Counted from the first letter of the stretch, positions 18,769 through 27,626 are shown. The stretch is DNA of 32,000 nt from Promethearchaeota archaeon (GCA_016933055.1 JAFGBS010000028.1:322018-354017), one strand, 5' to 3'. A program made the numbers and translations. The notes: generated by a model not told the origin, from the sequence alone.

Positions 18769-19722
18769 TTAAGGTATATCCACAACATATTTTTTTACCG
18801 TAATTGCGATATAAATCATCCAAATTATTAATCCGATGTGCAAAATATCGTTGTCTGAGAACCATAGCCCACGATCCCACAATATTTCAGTTATTCCGAA
18901 AATATAATAAAGATAATACGCGCTAATTACAATCCCCAGCCCCAACCATACCCATAAAAGCTTAAAGTCTGCTTGTTTCTTGAATTTAAGAAATCTCGAA
19001 AGATTATGTACAAAAAAAATTAGAATGCTGGGTGCAAGGAATAACACCATCATTCCAAAAGAGATTAAAAATTGAAGAGGAATCAAAGATCCGATTATTA
19101 CCAAAACACAATAAATACTCATATTTACTAGGGCATAATAAATCTGGAATTTTCGCCACGTGCCTGTAGATGATGAATATACTTGACTTATCATCATCGC
19201 ATTTACACTTCCGACGGATAATAGAAGATAAAAAATTTCCCACAAACTCGTCCATGTGCAAAAGACATTTCCTTCACATTTAATTTCATAACTAAACGCT
19301 TGGTAACTTGTCCCCGCTAATATCGCACCCAAACCCCATAGTAGTAGTGCGATACTCCACCAAATACGAGATTGCTGATATTTATGGTTAACTATAATAT
19401 ATAATGCAATTCCTAAAGTAGTTATACCTAATAGATATACTAGACTGGTGGAAAAAGGTTGTACCAATAATAAAGATCTATCAAACAGAGTTATAGGGCA
19501 ACAAGGTTGATGATCACACCACATTGAAGGAGGAGTTAAGGGATCATACAGTATTCTGTCCAGTTTATTAAATTTATAGATAATGAAAAAAACACTTATG
19601 AAAAAAAATAACCCAATTAAGGAGGAACCCAACTTCGTCATAGTTGATTTAACTTTAGAACGCATTGATCTAAGTTCCTTAATGAAGTTTATAATAACTC
19701 CTAAATCAATCCAAGCTAGCAT
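18769..19722 (-). CDS. Multi-pass (about 7-8 TM) membrane protein, possibly DUF6962-like
   Basis: Alternating hydrophobic helices, WCDHQPCC, QPFST, AGTSYQ and C-terminal DNDILH. The start may lie downstream of 19722. Confidence 0.7.
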   Translation of the reverse strand: MLAWIDLGVIINFIKELRSMRSKVKSTMTKLGSSLIGLFFFISVFFIIYKFNKLDRILYDPLTPPSMWCDHQPCCPITLFDRSLLLVQPFSTSLVYLLGITTLGIALYIIVNHKYQQSRIWWSIALLLWGLGAILAGTSYQAFSYEIKCEGNVFCTWTSLWEIFYLLLSVGSVNAMMISQVYSSSTGTWRKFQIYYALVNMSIYCVLVIIGSLIPLQFLISFGMMVLFLAPSILIFFVHNLSRFLKFKKQADFKLLWVWLGLGIVISAYYLYYIFGITEILWDRGLWFSDNDILHIGLIIWMIYIAITVKKYVVDIP

Positions 19723-19826
19723 TGGAAATTACTTTACCATTAAAATATTACTAATCAACATCTATCCCATATCCTACCCATTCTTTTATGCTTGTTCTCG
19801 TAAATGGTTGTCTATCCGGCCTCTGA

Positions 19827-20149
19827 ATGAAGTCTTATGTTACCGAAATGGAGTGTACATAGCGATATTCATGGGATATACTATACATCTTATTGTATGA
19901 GTACTAGGTACTCCTACGTTAAAAGAACCTATTCGGTTGATTCTCGGATAGGCTTTTAGCGTAGTTCGTACATTATATGGTAGTGGGTACACAATTGATT
20001 ACTGAGAAAGTAATAACGCAGAGAATTGAAAGAGGAACTCAAATTGACAATAATTATCTCCAATGTAATCGATTGGTTTCTTGGTAGGAATTCCCTAACT
20101 TTGGACAATTATCACGAAAACTAAATTATTATTGATGAAAAACTCGTGA
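19827..20149 (+). ncRNA. Candidate structured RNA element B (unassigned)
   Basis: Six nearly contiguous hairpins (19827-20028) plus a distal helix (20112-20149). The longest is a 20-bp stem at 19914-19964 with two G-U pairs, favouring the + strand. Confidence 0.4.
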
Positions 20150-20372
20150 AACCCGTCTTTTACGCCTTTTTCTATATTATGAACGATATATTCTGATGAT
20201 ATTTTGTCAGAAAATTAATGTTCGTTATGCAGTTTTTTATTCAAATCATAAATTTTCAAGAAATATCTTTTGGAGATGAAACAATTATAAGAGCTTTATT
20301 TTTGTATATATGTGTCTTGTTCTTAAATACGAGGACTAATTCCTTAAAAAATTAAAATTGCGATGATAAACC

Positions 20373-21869
20373 ATGGTTATTGAAAGTATTAATCCCGCTA
20401 CCTTGGAAAAGATCGGAGAAGTACAAAAAACTCCTATTGAAGATTTAGACGCTATTTTTACAAAAGCCAGAAAGACTCAGCAAGACTGGAGACAAATTGA
20501 GACTAAAAAACGTGCCCGAATCGTGGTCAAAGTCAATGAATACATCACAGAAAATATGGATGAAATTTCTGAATTAATCTCAAAAGAAACTGGCAAACCT
20601 CCACTAGAAGCTTTTGCTTCTGAAGTATATGGGGTGGTAGATGCTACCTTTTATTATTACAATACTGCTGACCAAGTTATTGATAAAAAAGAGGAAATTG
20701 AGTTAGGATTCTACAGCTCTCTGGATAAATCCAGTTACGTAATTTATAAACCCGCTGGTATTGTTAGTGTAATTGGTCCGTATAATTATCCTTTTGCTAT
20801 TCCATTTAGTCAAATAGTTCAATCCTTAATAGCCGGAAACGCGGTCGTGTTTAAACCTTCTTCAGATACGGTCTTAGTAGGAAAAAAAATTCAAGAAGTT
20901 TTTGACTCTATTGAAAATTTTCCAGAAGGATTGATGCAAACCGTATATGGTTCAGGTTCTACTCTTGGGAAACCTTTGATCGATAAAGCAAATCGAGTAA
21001 TTTTTACTGGAAGCACCGAAACTGGTAAAACAATAATGAGAATCGCAGCTGATACTCTTACACCAGTTTGTCTCGAATTAGGTGGAAAGTCCGAAATGAT
21101 AGTATTACCTGACGCAAATTTGGAACGAGCTGCTAGAGCTGCAAGATGGGGTTGTTTCACAAATTCAGGACAAGTATGTTCATCAGTAAAACGGTTATAT
21201 GTTCATCAAAGTATCAAGGATGATTTTACAAAAAAACTCATAGAACTAACAAAACAATTGAAGCAAGGTAATCCTTTGGATTTTGGGATTGATTTAGGGG
21301 CTATGATTAACGAAATTCAGATGAATAAAGTTCTTAAGGCAATTGAAAATGCTAAAAGCGAGGGTGCAAAAGTGTTAATTGGAGGAGAGAGAAACAAGGA
21401 ACTTAATGGATATTTCATAAAACCTACAATATTGGGTAACTGTACGAATCAAATGGATTGTGTACAAAAAGAGATATTCGGACCTGTTCTACCAATAATA
21501 CCGTTTAAAAATGAAAACGAGGTTATCGAACTCGCAAATGCAAATCCATTTGGATTAACATCTAGTATTTGGACAGAAAATTACGATAAAGCTATAGAAA
21601 TGGGAAAGAACCTTGACACAGGTACCGTAATGATTAATGAGGTTGTATATACTTTTGCTTTAGCTCAAACTCCATGGGGCGGTCCAAAATCCTCGGGAAT
21701 CGGTAGAACACACGGAAAGTTCGGATTTTTAGAAGTACTAGAACCTTTACATGTCCATATAGATAAATATAAGGAACCTGACCTCTGGTGGATGCCGTAT
21801 GATGAGGATTTTATGGAAGTTATGGAAAATTTCAAAATTATTGCAAAATCTCTTGTGGTACGGGATTAA
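20373..21869 (+). CDS. NAD(P)-dependent aldehyde dehydrogenase
   Basis: GPYNYP, FKPS, FTGSTETG, LELGGKS (Glu), NSGQVC (Cys), EIFGP and PWGGPKSSGIGR. Confidence 0.96.
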   Translation: MVIESINPATLEKIGEVQKTPIEDLDAIFTKARKTQQDWRQIETKKRARIVVKVNEYITENMDEISELISKETGKPPLEAFASEVYGVVDATFYYYNTADQVIDKKEEIELGFYSSLDKSSYVIYKPAGIVSVIGPYNYPFAIPFSQIVQSLIAGNAVVFKPSSDTVLVGKKIQEVFDSIENFPEGLMQTVYGSGSTLGKPLIDKANRVIFTGSTETGKTIMRIAADTLTPVCLELGGKSEMIVLPDANLERAARAARWGCFTNSGQVCSSVKRLYVHQSIKDDFTKKLIELTKQLKQGNPLDFGIDLGAMINEIQMNKVLKAIENAKSEGAKVLIGGERNKELNGYFIKPTILGNCTNQMDCVQKEIFGPVLPIIPFKNENEVIELANANPFGLTSSIWTENYDKAIEMGKNLDTGTVMINEVVYTFALAQTPWGGPKSSGIGRTHGKFGFLEVLEPLHVHIDKYKEPDLWWMPYDEDFMEVMENFKIIAKSLVVRD

Positions 21870-22112
21870 CGAAAACATTAATCAGTTATGTGCTCACGAC
21901 CCTAAGTCTCAGTGATTTTTTGTCTGATGTGAAGTTATATTGTTTTCAATGAAAACCAAAAAATTATGTTCGTCTATAAAATTATAAGATGCGGTGGTAA
22001 GACAAACAGCTTCTATGTTCCTAATCCTTCTTTTTCACATGAATGAGTAAGTCTTGATATTTACAGAATAAAACGCAAGATGTTAATTTAGCACTTTCAT
22101 ATATGGTTAAAA

Positions 22113-23060
22113 ATGTCTTCAAATAGTTCAGACCATCGGGAAATAAATTTCATCAATTTGGAAGAATATGGGTTTAAACCACTGGAATTAGAGGATAAAT
22201 CTGTCTTTGCAGAAAAGTTAGAAGAGATTCAACCCATTATCTCCGAATTCACCTTCACAAATTTGTGGATGTGGAGAGAATACTACAAATTCGCCTGGAA
22301 ATTACTTTATGATGGGAATATTATTTTAGTTTCATTGCACGATCACACGAAGCTAATTGCGTTTCCTATGATAGGAAATTACTATAATAGTATTTTAGAG
22401 GAACTGGTGAGTTTAAACGCTCTATTCCACCTACCAATAGAAGTTCATCGGGTTCCAGAGAAGGACCTTCAAGAAATTATAAATGTGCATCCGTTAACGC
22501 AAATTATAGAAGATCGGGATAATTGGGATTATGTGTACAAAAAAGAGGATTTGTTAGAACTTTCTGGTGGGAACTATGAAAAAATTCGAAGGAAACTTAA
22601 TAAATTTGAGCGGGAATACAAAACTCGAGTCGAAGTCTTGTCATCTGATAATGCTAAATTGTGCCTTGAATTGCAAGAAACATGGTGTGACTTACGCTCT
22701 TGTTCCGATAATCCTAGCTTAGATAATGAGGATAAGGGAATACGCGATATCTTATTGAATTTTAATAAACTGGATTACACCGGATTGTTAATTTTCCAGA
22801 AGGACAAAATAATTGGGTTTTCAATCGGAGAACGATTAAATACTAACACAATTATTGTCCATGTAGAGAAAGGAGATACTAAATATTCCGGTATCTATCA
22901 AGCTTTGAATCATTCTTTCGTAGAAAAATGTGCTGCAAATTATAAGTTTGTTAATCGGGAACAAGATTTAGGAGTTGAAGGATTACGTCGATCTAAAATG
23001 GAATATAATCCCGATCATTTCATTAAAAAATATATAACCCGACTAAGCTTAAAAAACTAA
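22113..23060 (+). CDS. DUF2156 / phosphatidylglycerol lysyltransferase C-terminal-like (GNAT-fold) protein
   Basis: SEFTFTNLWMW, WDYVY, VHVEKG...GIYQ, VNREQDLG.EGLRRSK.EY.P. Confidence 0.85.
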   Translation: MSSNSSDHREINFINLEEYGFKPLELEDKSVFAEKLEEIQPIISEFTFTNLWMWREYYKFAWKLLYDGNIILVSLHDHTKLIAFPMIGNYYNSILEELVSLNALFHLPIEVHRVPEKDLQEIINVHPLTQIIEDRDNWDYVYKKEDLLELSGGNYEKIRRKLNKFEREYKTRVEVLSSDNAKLCLELQETWCDLRSCSDNPSLDNEDKGIRDILLNFNKLDYTGLLIFQKDKIIGFSIGERLNTNTIIVHVEKGDTKYSGIYQALNHSFVEKCAANYKFVNREQDLGVEGLRRSKMEYNPDHFIKKYITRLSLKN

Positions 23061-23184
23061 CAGAATTTGTTTTTTTAAAGAAATTTATCATCCTTCCCCA
23101 ATTTTTAGGTAACCTTGAGAAAATTACCAAGAGAATAGAGTTTTACTTAAAAAGCGAGAAGGATTCATCAAATTTTGTGAATTT

Positions 23185-23409
23185 TTATCCAATTTTTGTA
23201 AAGGTTTTATCTGCTATTTCCAATTGACGCGGATCTAGATTTCGATCTATATCTATAATAAGTGTATGAGGTTTATTTCCAAATATCCCATGTGTATAAC
23301 ATATTTTACAGAATTCTTTATCATCTCTAAAATTGGACTTAAGATCAGAAAGATCTAATCTTATTGTTTCCTTGCATTTAGGACAAGTTATAAAGACATT
23401 TTTCCCCAA
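23185..23409 (-). CDS. Small putative Zn-binding protein (CxxC...HG...PH family), copy 2
   Basis: 74 aa with CPKC, THGIFGNKPH, IIDIDRN and AD.T.TKIG. Confidence 0.85.
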   Translation of the reverse strand: MGKNVFITCPKCKETIRLDLSDLKSNFRDDKEFCKICYTHGIFGNKPHTLIIDIDRNLDPRQLEIADKTFTKIG

Positions 23410-23493
23410 TGTTACAACACGTTTTGTAATTGATCGTTCTTCTCAAGGAATTACTACTTTAAATATCTTAAGGCTTTGATAGGAAGATATCCT

Positions 23494-23730
23494 TCATCCG
23501 ATCTTTGTGTAAGTCCTATCTGCCACTACAACTTGTTTGGGTACGTAATTTTTATCTATATCGATTATGATAGAATGAGGCTTTATACCAAAGGTCCCAT
23601 GTGTATACACAATTTTGGCATACTGCCCCTCAAAAATTAAATTGTCAAGTTGAATTGTAATCACTTCATGACACTGGGGGCATTCGACCTGTACGACTTT
23701 CGGTTTCTCTTTCATCAAGTTGTAAAGCAT
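23494..23730 (-). CDS. Small putative Zn-binding protein (CxxC...HG...PH family), copy 3
   Basis: CPQC, THGTFGIKPH, IIDIDKN and ADRTYTKIG. Tandem paralog of 23185-23409; the start may be ATG 23715. Confidence 0.85.
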   Translation of the reverse strand: MLYNLMKEKPKVVQVECPQCHEVITIQLDNLIFEGQYAKIVYTHGTFGIKPHSIIIDIDKNYVPKQVVVADRTYTKIG

Positions 23731-23876
23731 GCATTACGGTTAAATGTTTTTTGGAAATGATGTATTCCCATAGTTGTTCCAAGAATTATTAGTAAATTTC
23801 GTATATTTATGATTCGAGCGATAGATAAAAATAAAAGGAATTCAGAGAACTTTGGCTCAGATATGAAAAATAAAAG

Positions 23877-24920
23877 ATGAGTAAAATGCAGAAAGAAATC
23901 ACGAAATCCCATGATTTATTAGATAATAATGGGCATTTAATCGAAACAGGTAAAGCAAAGCAATTAATTCTCAAGTATGACCGTTCAAAAGTTAAAGCAA
24001 GCAAATTACGAATCAAAGAATGGGATTACTATGAGATCCTTAATGAGAATTATGGAATTATACTTCTCTACCATGATGTTGGTTATCTTGGGGTAGCACA
24101 AGTCACTTGGATGGATTTCAACACAGGAAATTTCGAAGAATTACAAGAACAAGTCTGGTTTTCCAAGGGAAGTATGGATCTACCTGCTGATAATGAAGGA
24201 GATATTATTTTTGACCGCAATGGAAATCATTGGGAATGTTTACGAAGAGGAGAAGACCGTATATTCAAATTTAACTATCCCAAATTTCGGAAAGGTGTAG
24301 GAATAAGCGGGGAAATAAAATTACGGGAACCAACGGAAATGGATTCAATAGTAAATGTCATCCCATTTAAGAAAGAAAATCAATTTGTGTATGCATTAAA
24401 AACGAATAATATGATTCCGGATGGTAAAGTAAAAATCGGGAACCAAGAATTCGAGTTTTCCGAAGAGAATAGATCAAATGGATTGCTTGATTGGACGCGT
24501 GCAGTATTCCCATATCATGTAGAGTGGCGATGGTCTTCATTCAATGGGAAAGTAGATGGTACCCCGTTCGGGCTCAATATAGATTATGGAATTACTGGAT
24601 TTGGAACGGAATCCTCTAAGGATATGATCTTCTATAACTACAAGGGGCATTACATCGATAAAGTGCATTACACATGGGATAAAAAAGATCCGTACAAGGA
24701 TTGGGAATTCAAATCAGTCAACGAAGATCGAGTTTCTGGCACTCTGAAAGTAAAATATGTCCATAAAGGAGGTATGAACTTTATAGTGTTAAAAACTCAA
24801 GTTCTGAAAGCGTATGGTTTTTTCATCGGAAAGGTAAAATTAGATGATGGAACTATTATTGATGTTAAAGAGCAAGACCACGTATTCGGTCATGCGGAAG
24901 CAGTGATAAATTATTGGTAA
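23877..24920 (+). CDS. DUF2804-like protein
   Basis: RIKEWDYY, LDWTRAVFPYHVEWRWSS and PFGLN motifs typical of this family. Confidence 0.8.
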   Translation: MSKMQKEITKSHDLLDNNGHLIETGKAKQLILKYDRSKVKASKLRIKEWDYYEILNENYGIILLYHDVGYLGVAQVTWMDFNTGNFEELQEQVWFSKGSMDLPADNEGDIIFDRNGNHWECLRRGEDRIFKFNYPKFRKGVGISGEIKLREPTEMDSIVNVIPFKKENQFVYALKTNNMIPDGKVKIGNQEFEFSEENRSNGLLDWTRAVFPYHVEWRWSSFNGKVDGTPFGLNIDYGITGFGTESSKDMIFYNYKGHYIDKVHYTWDKKDPYKDWEFKSVNEDRVSGTLKVKYVHKGGMNFIVLKTQVLKAYGFFIGKVKLDDGTIIDVKEQDHVFGHAEAVINYW

Positions 24921-24933
24921 TTCTATCTTTCTA

Positions 24934-26055
24934 TTAAAAGAAAAGATATCTTTTTTTTATTTCTTCTATCTTTTTAAAATCTGGCACGTGTGTTTGGTTA
25001 TACGCCAATATTTCATCATATATTGAATGAGCTAGAATTTGGAGCCTTGAATAATCCCGATTTGTGATTACGTTAAAAAAATCCGCGAACTTCTCATCAT
25101 ATTTCTCTTTATATTCCTTATATATTAGAAATTTAGTGGATTTATTCCATTTTTTTTCCAAACGTATCAAGTCTCGAGCGACCAATGATTGAAAATCATG
25201 AACAGCGTATCCAGCAGCCAAAATGTCTTGATTCTTGGCTGCTTTTTTTATTTTGTTTAGATACGCTAAGGAATCGCTTGTCCTAAGCATTTCTAGATCA
25301 TCTTCTTATGGAATATCTTTGGTTACAGAGATCATGAATTGCCGCATAGATTCAATCAGTATTGAGCCCGTTTCCACCATTCTATTGAAATCTGATTCAC
25401 TAACCAATTTTTCTACGAGAGATGATAGATCTTTAGGCAATTTCTCAAATATGTACAATTCATGTAAATTTTGACCCCAATTATGTTTCAAAGGTTTACT
25501 ATTTATGTGGGCAACAATATAAGTTGCACTTATTATCAAATCCCAACAAGCATCTCGAGCTTCTTGACGATCATTCATATATTTCGCAAATTGAATCCTG
25601 CCCAGAAATTTAAACATCACTTCAAAAAATTCCGTTGCTTTTTGCACATTTTTTTCGTAGTATTTCTTTGATTGTGTTATTTCTTTTATGATAGATTCTA
25701 ATCGAGATTTATCCTGTTTCGAACGTGCATAAATAATCTTGCAATATGACAAAGCTCCAGCTGGAAGGATCCAATATGCATCCAGAGTGGATACATTTTC
25801 AAAATATTCCCAGGTCTGCGACCACATATCACATGGTATACCATTAAATGTAAATTCGATATCCACTTTTATACCATCTTCCGTAATTGCAAAAAATTCT
25901 AAGTCCGAATCGGGTTCAAAATCTCCTCTAGCTCTTGATCCATACAAAGCAATAATTGCTATTTTATCACCATACTATTTCAGAGCGATCTGCTTCATGA
26001 TTTTTTGTAATTCAGAAACATAAGGAGATAAATTAAATTGAATTTTACTCATCAT
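24934..26055 (-). pseudogene. Kanamycin-nucleotidyltransferase-like (Pol-beta NTase) gene interrupted by two in-frame stops
   Basis: One frame runs from ATG 26055 to TAA 24934 (374 codons) with internal TAG at 25975-25977 and TAA at 25306-25308. It joins ORFs 25306..25947 and 24934..25290 and carries the NTase motif YGSRARGD..PDSDLE. Confidence 0.8.
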
Positions 26056-26190
26056 GGATTCAATTTTAAATTTATATTTAAAATGAAAGTGAAAAATTTA
26101 AAGTTCTTTCTGTGTTGCATTCTTATCTGATTTCTGATTAAAGCTTATGTATTAATTATTTATTTCATCAAATAGATGTAGGAGTCAAAA

Positions 26191-26325
26191 ATGGGGATCA
26201 TTAAAAAAAACCAACCCTCAAAGGAGACCGGAGTAATTTTGGAAACCAAAGAAAGAGAACAAGAAGAAAAATTGGATTATCTAATTGAACCTTACCAAGA
26301 TTTTGTGATAGAGGATGAGGAATGA
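26191..26325 (+). CDS. 44-aa acidic micro-protein
   Basis: MGIIKKNQPSKETGVILETKEREQEEKLDYLIEPYQDFVIEDEE*. AGGAG lies upstream, and the TGA overlaps the ATG of the thioesterase (ATGA). Confidence 0.55.
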   Translation: MGIIKKNQPSKETGVILETKEREQEEKLDYLIEPYQDFVIEDEE

Positions 26326-26795
26326 GTAAAAAAAAAGCCTTACAAGATCTTTTTCCAGAAGTTGGTTCTCTGTGTTTTGGTTGTGGACGAAATAATGAAC
26401 AGGGTTTACAAATAAAATCCTATTGTGAGGGTGATGAATGTATCTGCACTTTTCATGCTAAATCTCATCACATAGCATATCCTGGTGTCGGGTGTGGGGG
26501 TATTATTTCAACAATATTGGATTGTCATTGTATCAATACTGCGATGTATGTCGCATATAAGAAAGAAAACAGAGAGGTTGGTACAAAACCAGATAAGATT
26601 TATGCTACAGCATCTTTAACTGTTAATTTTTTAAAACCAGCCCCTATCGATGCACCTTGGGTATTTAAAGCTCAAGTATCTAAGTATTCAGAGCGAAGAA
26701 TTCATGTCATATGCAGAATTTATGCGAATGAGAAAGAAATCGCTAATGGGATCGTAATTGCTGCGCACATTAATCAAGGTAATCCTACTTCATGA
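26322..26795 (+). CDS. PaaI-type hotdog-fold thioesterase
   Basis: CFGCGRNNEQGL, GGIISTILDCH and TASLTVNFLKPAP. Confidence 0.9.
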   Translation: MSKKKALQDLFPEVGSLCFGCGRNNEQGLQIKSYCEGDECICTFHAKSHHIAYPGVGCGGIISTILDCHCINTAMYVAYKKENREVGTKPDKIYATASLTVNFLKPAPIDAPWVFKAQVSKYSERRIHVICRIYANEKEIANGIVIAAHINQGNPTS

Positions 26796-26816
26796 AGATC
26801 CTTCATTATTTTGATT

Positions 26817-27626
26817 CTATTTTATTTTCTTCCAAATAGTTTTTTCTAAATCAAAAACCTCAGGGTCCTCTGAGGTATATTCTTTAGCTCTTTCTATAGA
26901 TTGTGAAGCATTTTGATAATCATTCAATTTTATATAGGCAAATGTTAGATTTTTCCATGCAGCTCCATTCCGCGGTTCTAATTTTATGCATTGCTTAAAG
27001 ATATCAACCGCATCATGGTACCGTTTGCCTTTCAGTCTTATCAAACCAAGGTTGTACCACGAGGAGACTGATGCAGGGGCAAGTTCGATTGCTTTCCGAA
27101 ATGCGTCCTCTGCTTCGTTAAACTTTCCCTGTTCTGTGTATACAGTTCCTAGATTATCCCAAGTTACAAATTGATTGGGATCAATATCAATTGAATGTTT
27201 GAATTCTCGAATTGCTTGTTTATATTTCCTTCTTTTGAAATACATTACTCCTATTGAGGAAAGGATTCTGGAATAATCGGGTTTTTTCTCAAGAATTTTA
27301 TTGTACACTTCAAACGCCTTCTTAGGATTATCTGATGATTCTAAGGCATCTCCCATCAATTGCCAAGCATGAACATTGTCAGGATACAAGGAAATCGCTT
27401 GAAGAAATAAGCGTATTGCATCTTTATATGAATTATTGCCAAGAAGACCTAAACCTTGCTCAACAAGTGTATTGGATTCTTCTTCTAAACTTTCTTGCAA
27501 CTCTGGATCACTGTGAAGCTTTTCTACTAGACTTTGTTCCCAAGTTTTCAACGTCTTGCGATCGATTAATCCGACTTTTTGTAAATCACTAAGTGTCAGA
27601 GGTGTTGTTTGAGTCACAGAATTCAC
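26817..27626 (-). CDS. Tetratricopeptide repeat protein (6 TPRs)
   Basis: Six consecutive 34-aa units, e.g. VTWDNLGTVYTEQGKFNEAEDAFRKAIELAPASV. Confidence 0.93.
   Translation of the reverse strand: MNSVTQTTPLTLSDLQKVGLIDRKTLKTWEQSLVEKLHSDPELQESLEEESNTLVEQGLGLLGNNSYKDAIRLFLQAISLYPDNVHAWQLMGDALESSDNPKKAFEVYNKILEKKPDYSRILSSIGVMYFKRRKYKQAIREFKHSIDIDPNQFVTWDNLGTVYTEQGKFNEAEDAFRKAIELAPASVSSWYNLGLIRLKGKRYHDAVDIFKQCIKLEPRNGAAWKNLTFAYIKLNDYQNASQSIERAKEYTSEDPEVFDLEKTIWKKIK

Noticed and set aside
19583-19900. 105-aa + strand ORF
   Set aside because: It overlaps the 5' end of the - strand membrane gene and hairpin element B, and has no motif; probable shadow ORF.
16363-20149. Elements A/B as IscB omegaRNA (HEARO), TnpB reRNA, TPP riboswitch, hammerhead or group I/II intron
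   Set aside because: Only isolated short words match (CUACGUUA, GCGUAGG, CUGAGA, CUGAUG), not in the required order, and no transposase, nuclease or RT gene is adjacent.
20030-20160. GAGGAACTC and CACGAAAAC...GTGAAAC resemble RNase P conserved regions
   Set aside because: The CR-I spacing is wrong, there is no P4 partner (GGCUUA-like) and no P12 stem.
20132-20196. TGATGA...CTGA as a possible C/D-box sRNA
   Set aside because: No convincing D'/C' boxes or guide lengths, and such motifs are frequent in AT-rich DNA.
16253-20372. Selenocysteine (SECIS) or pyrrolysine recoding as an explanation for the hairpins
   Set aside because: I saw no gene with an in-frame TGA at a catalytic position, the hairpins lack a clear AUGA/GA core with apical AA, and no pyl genes are present.
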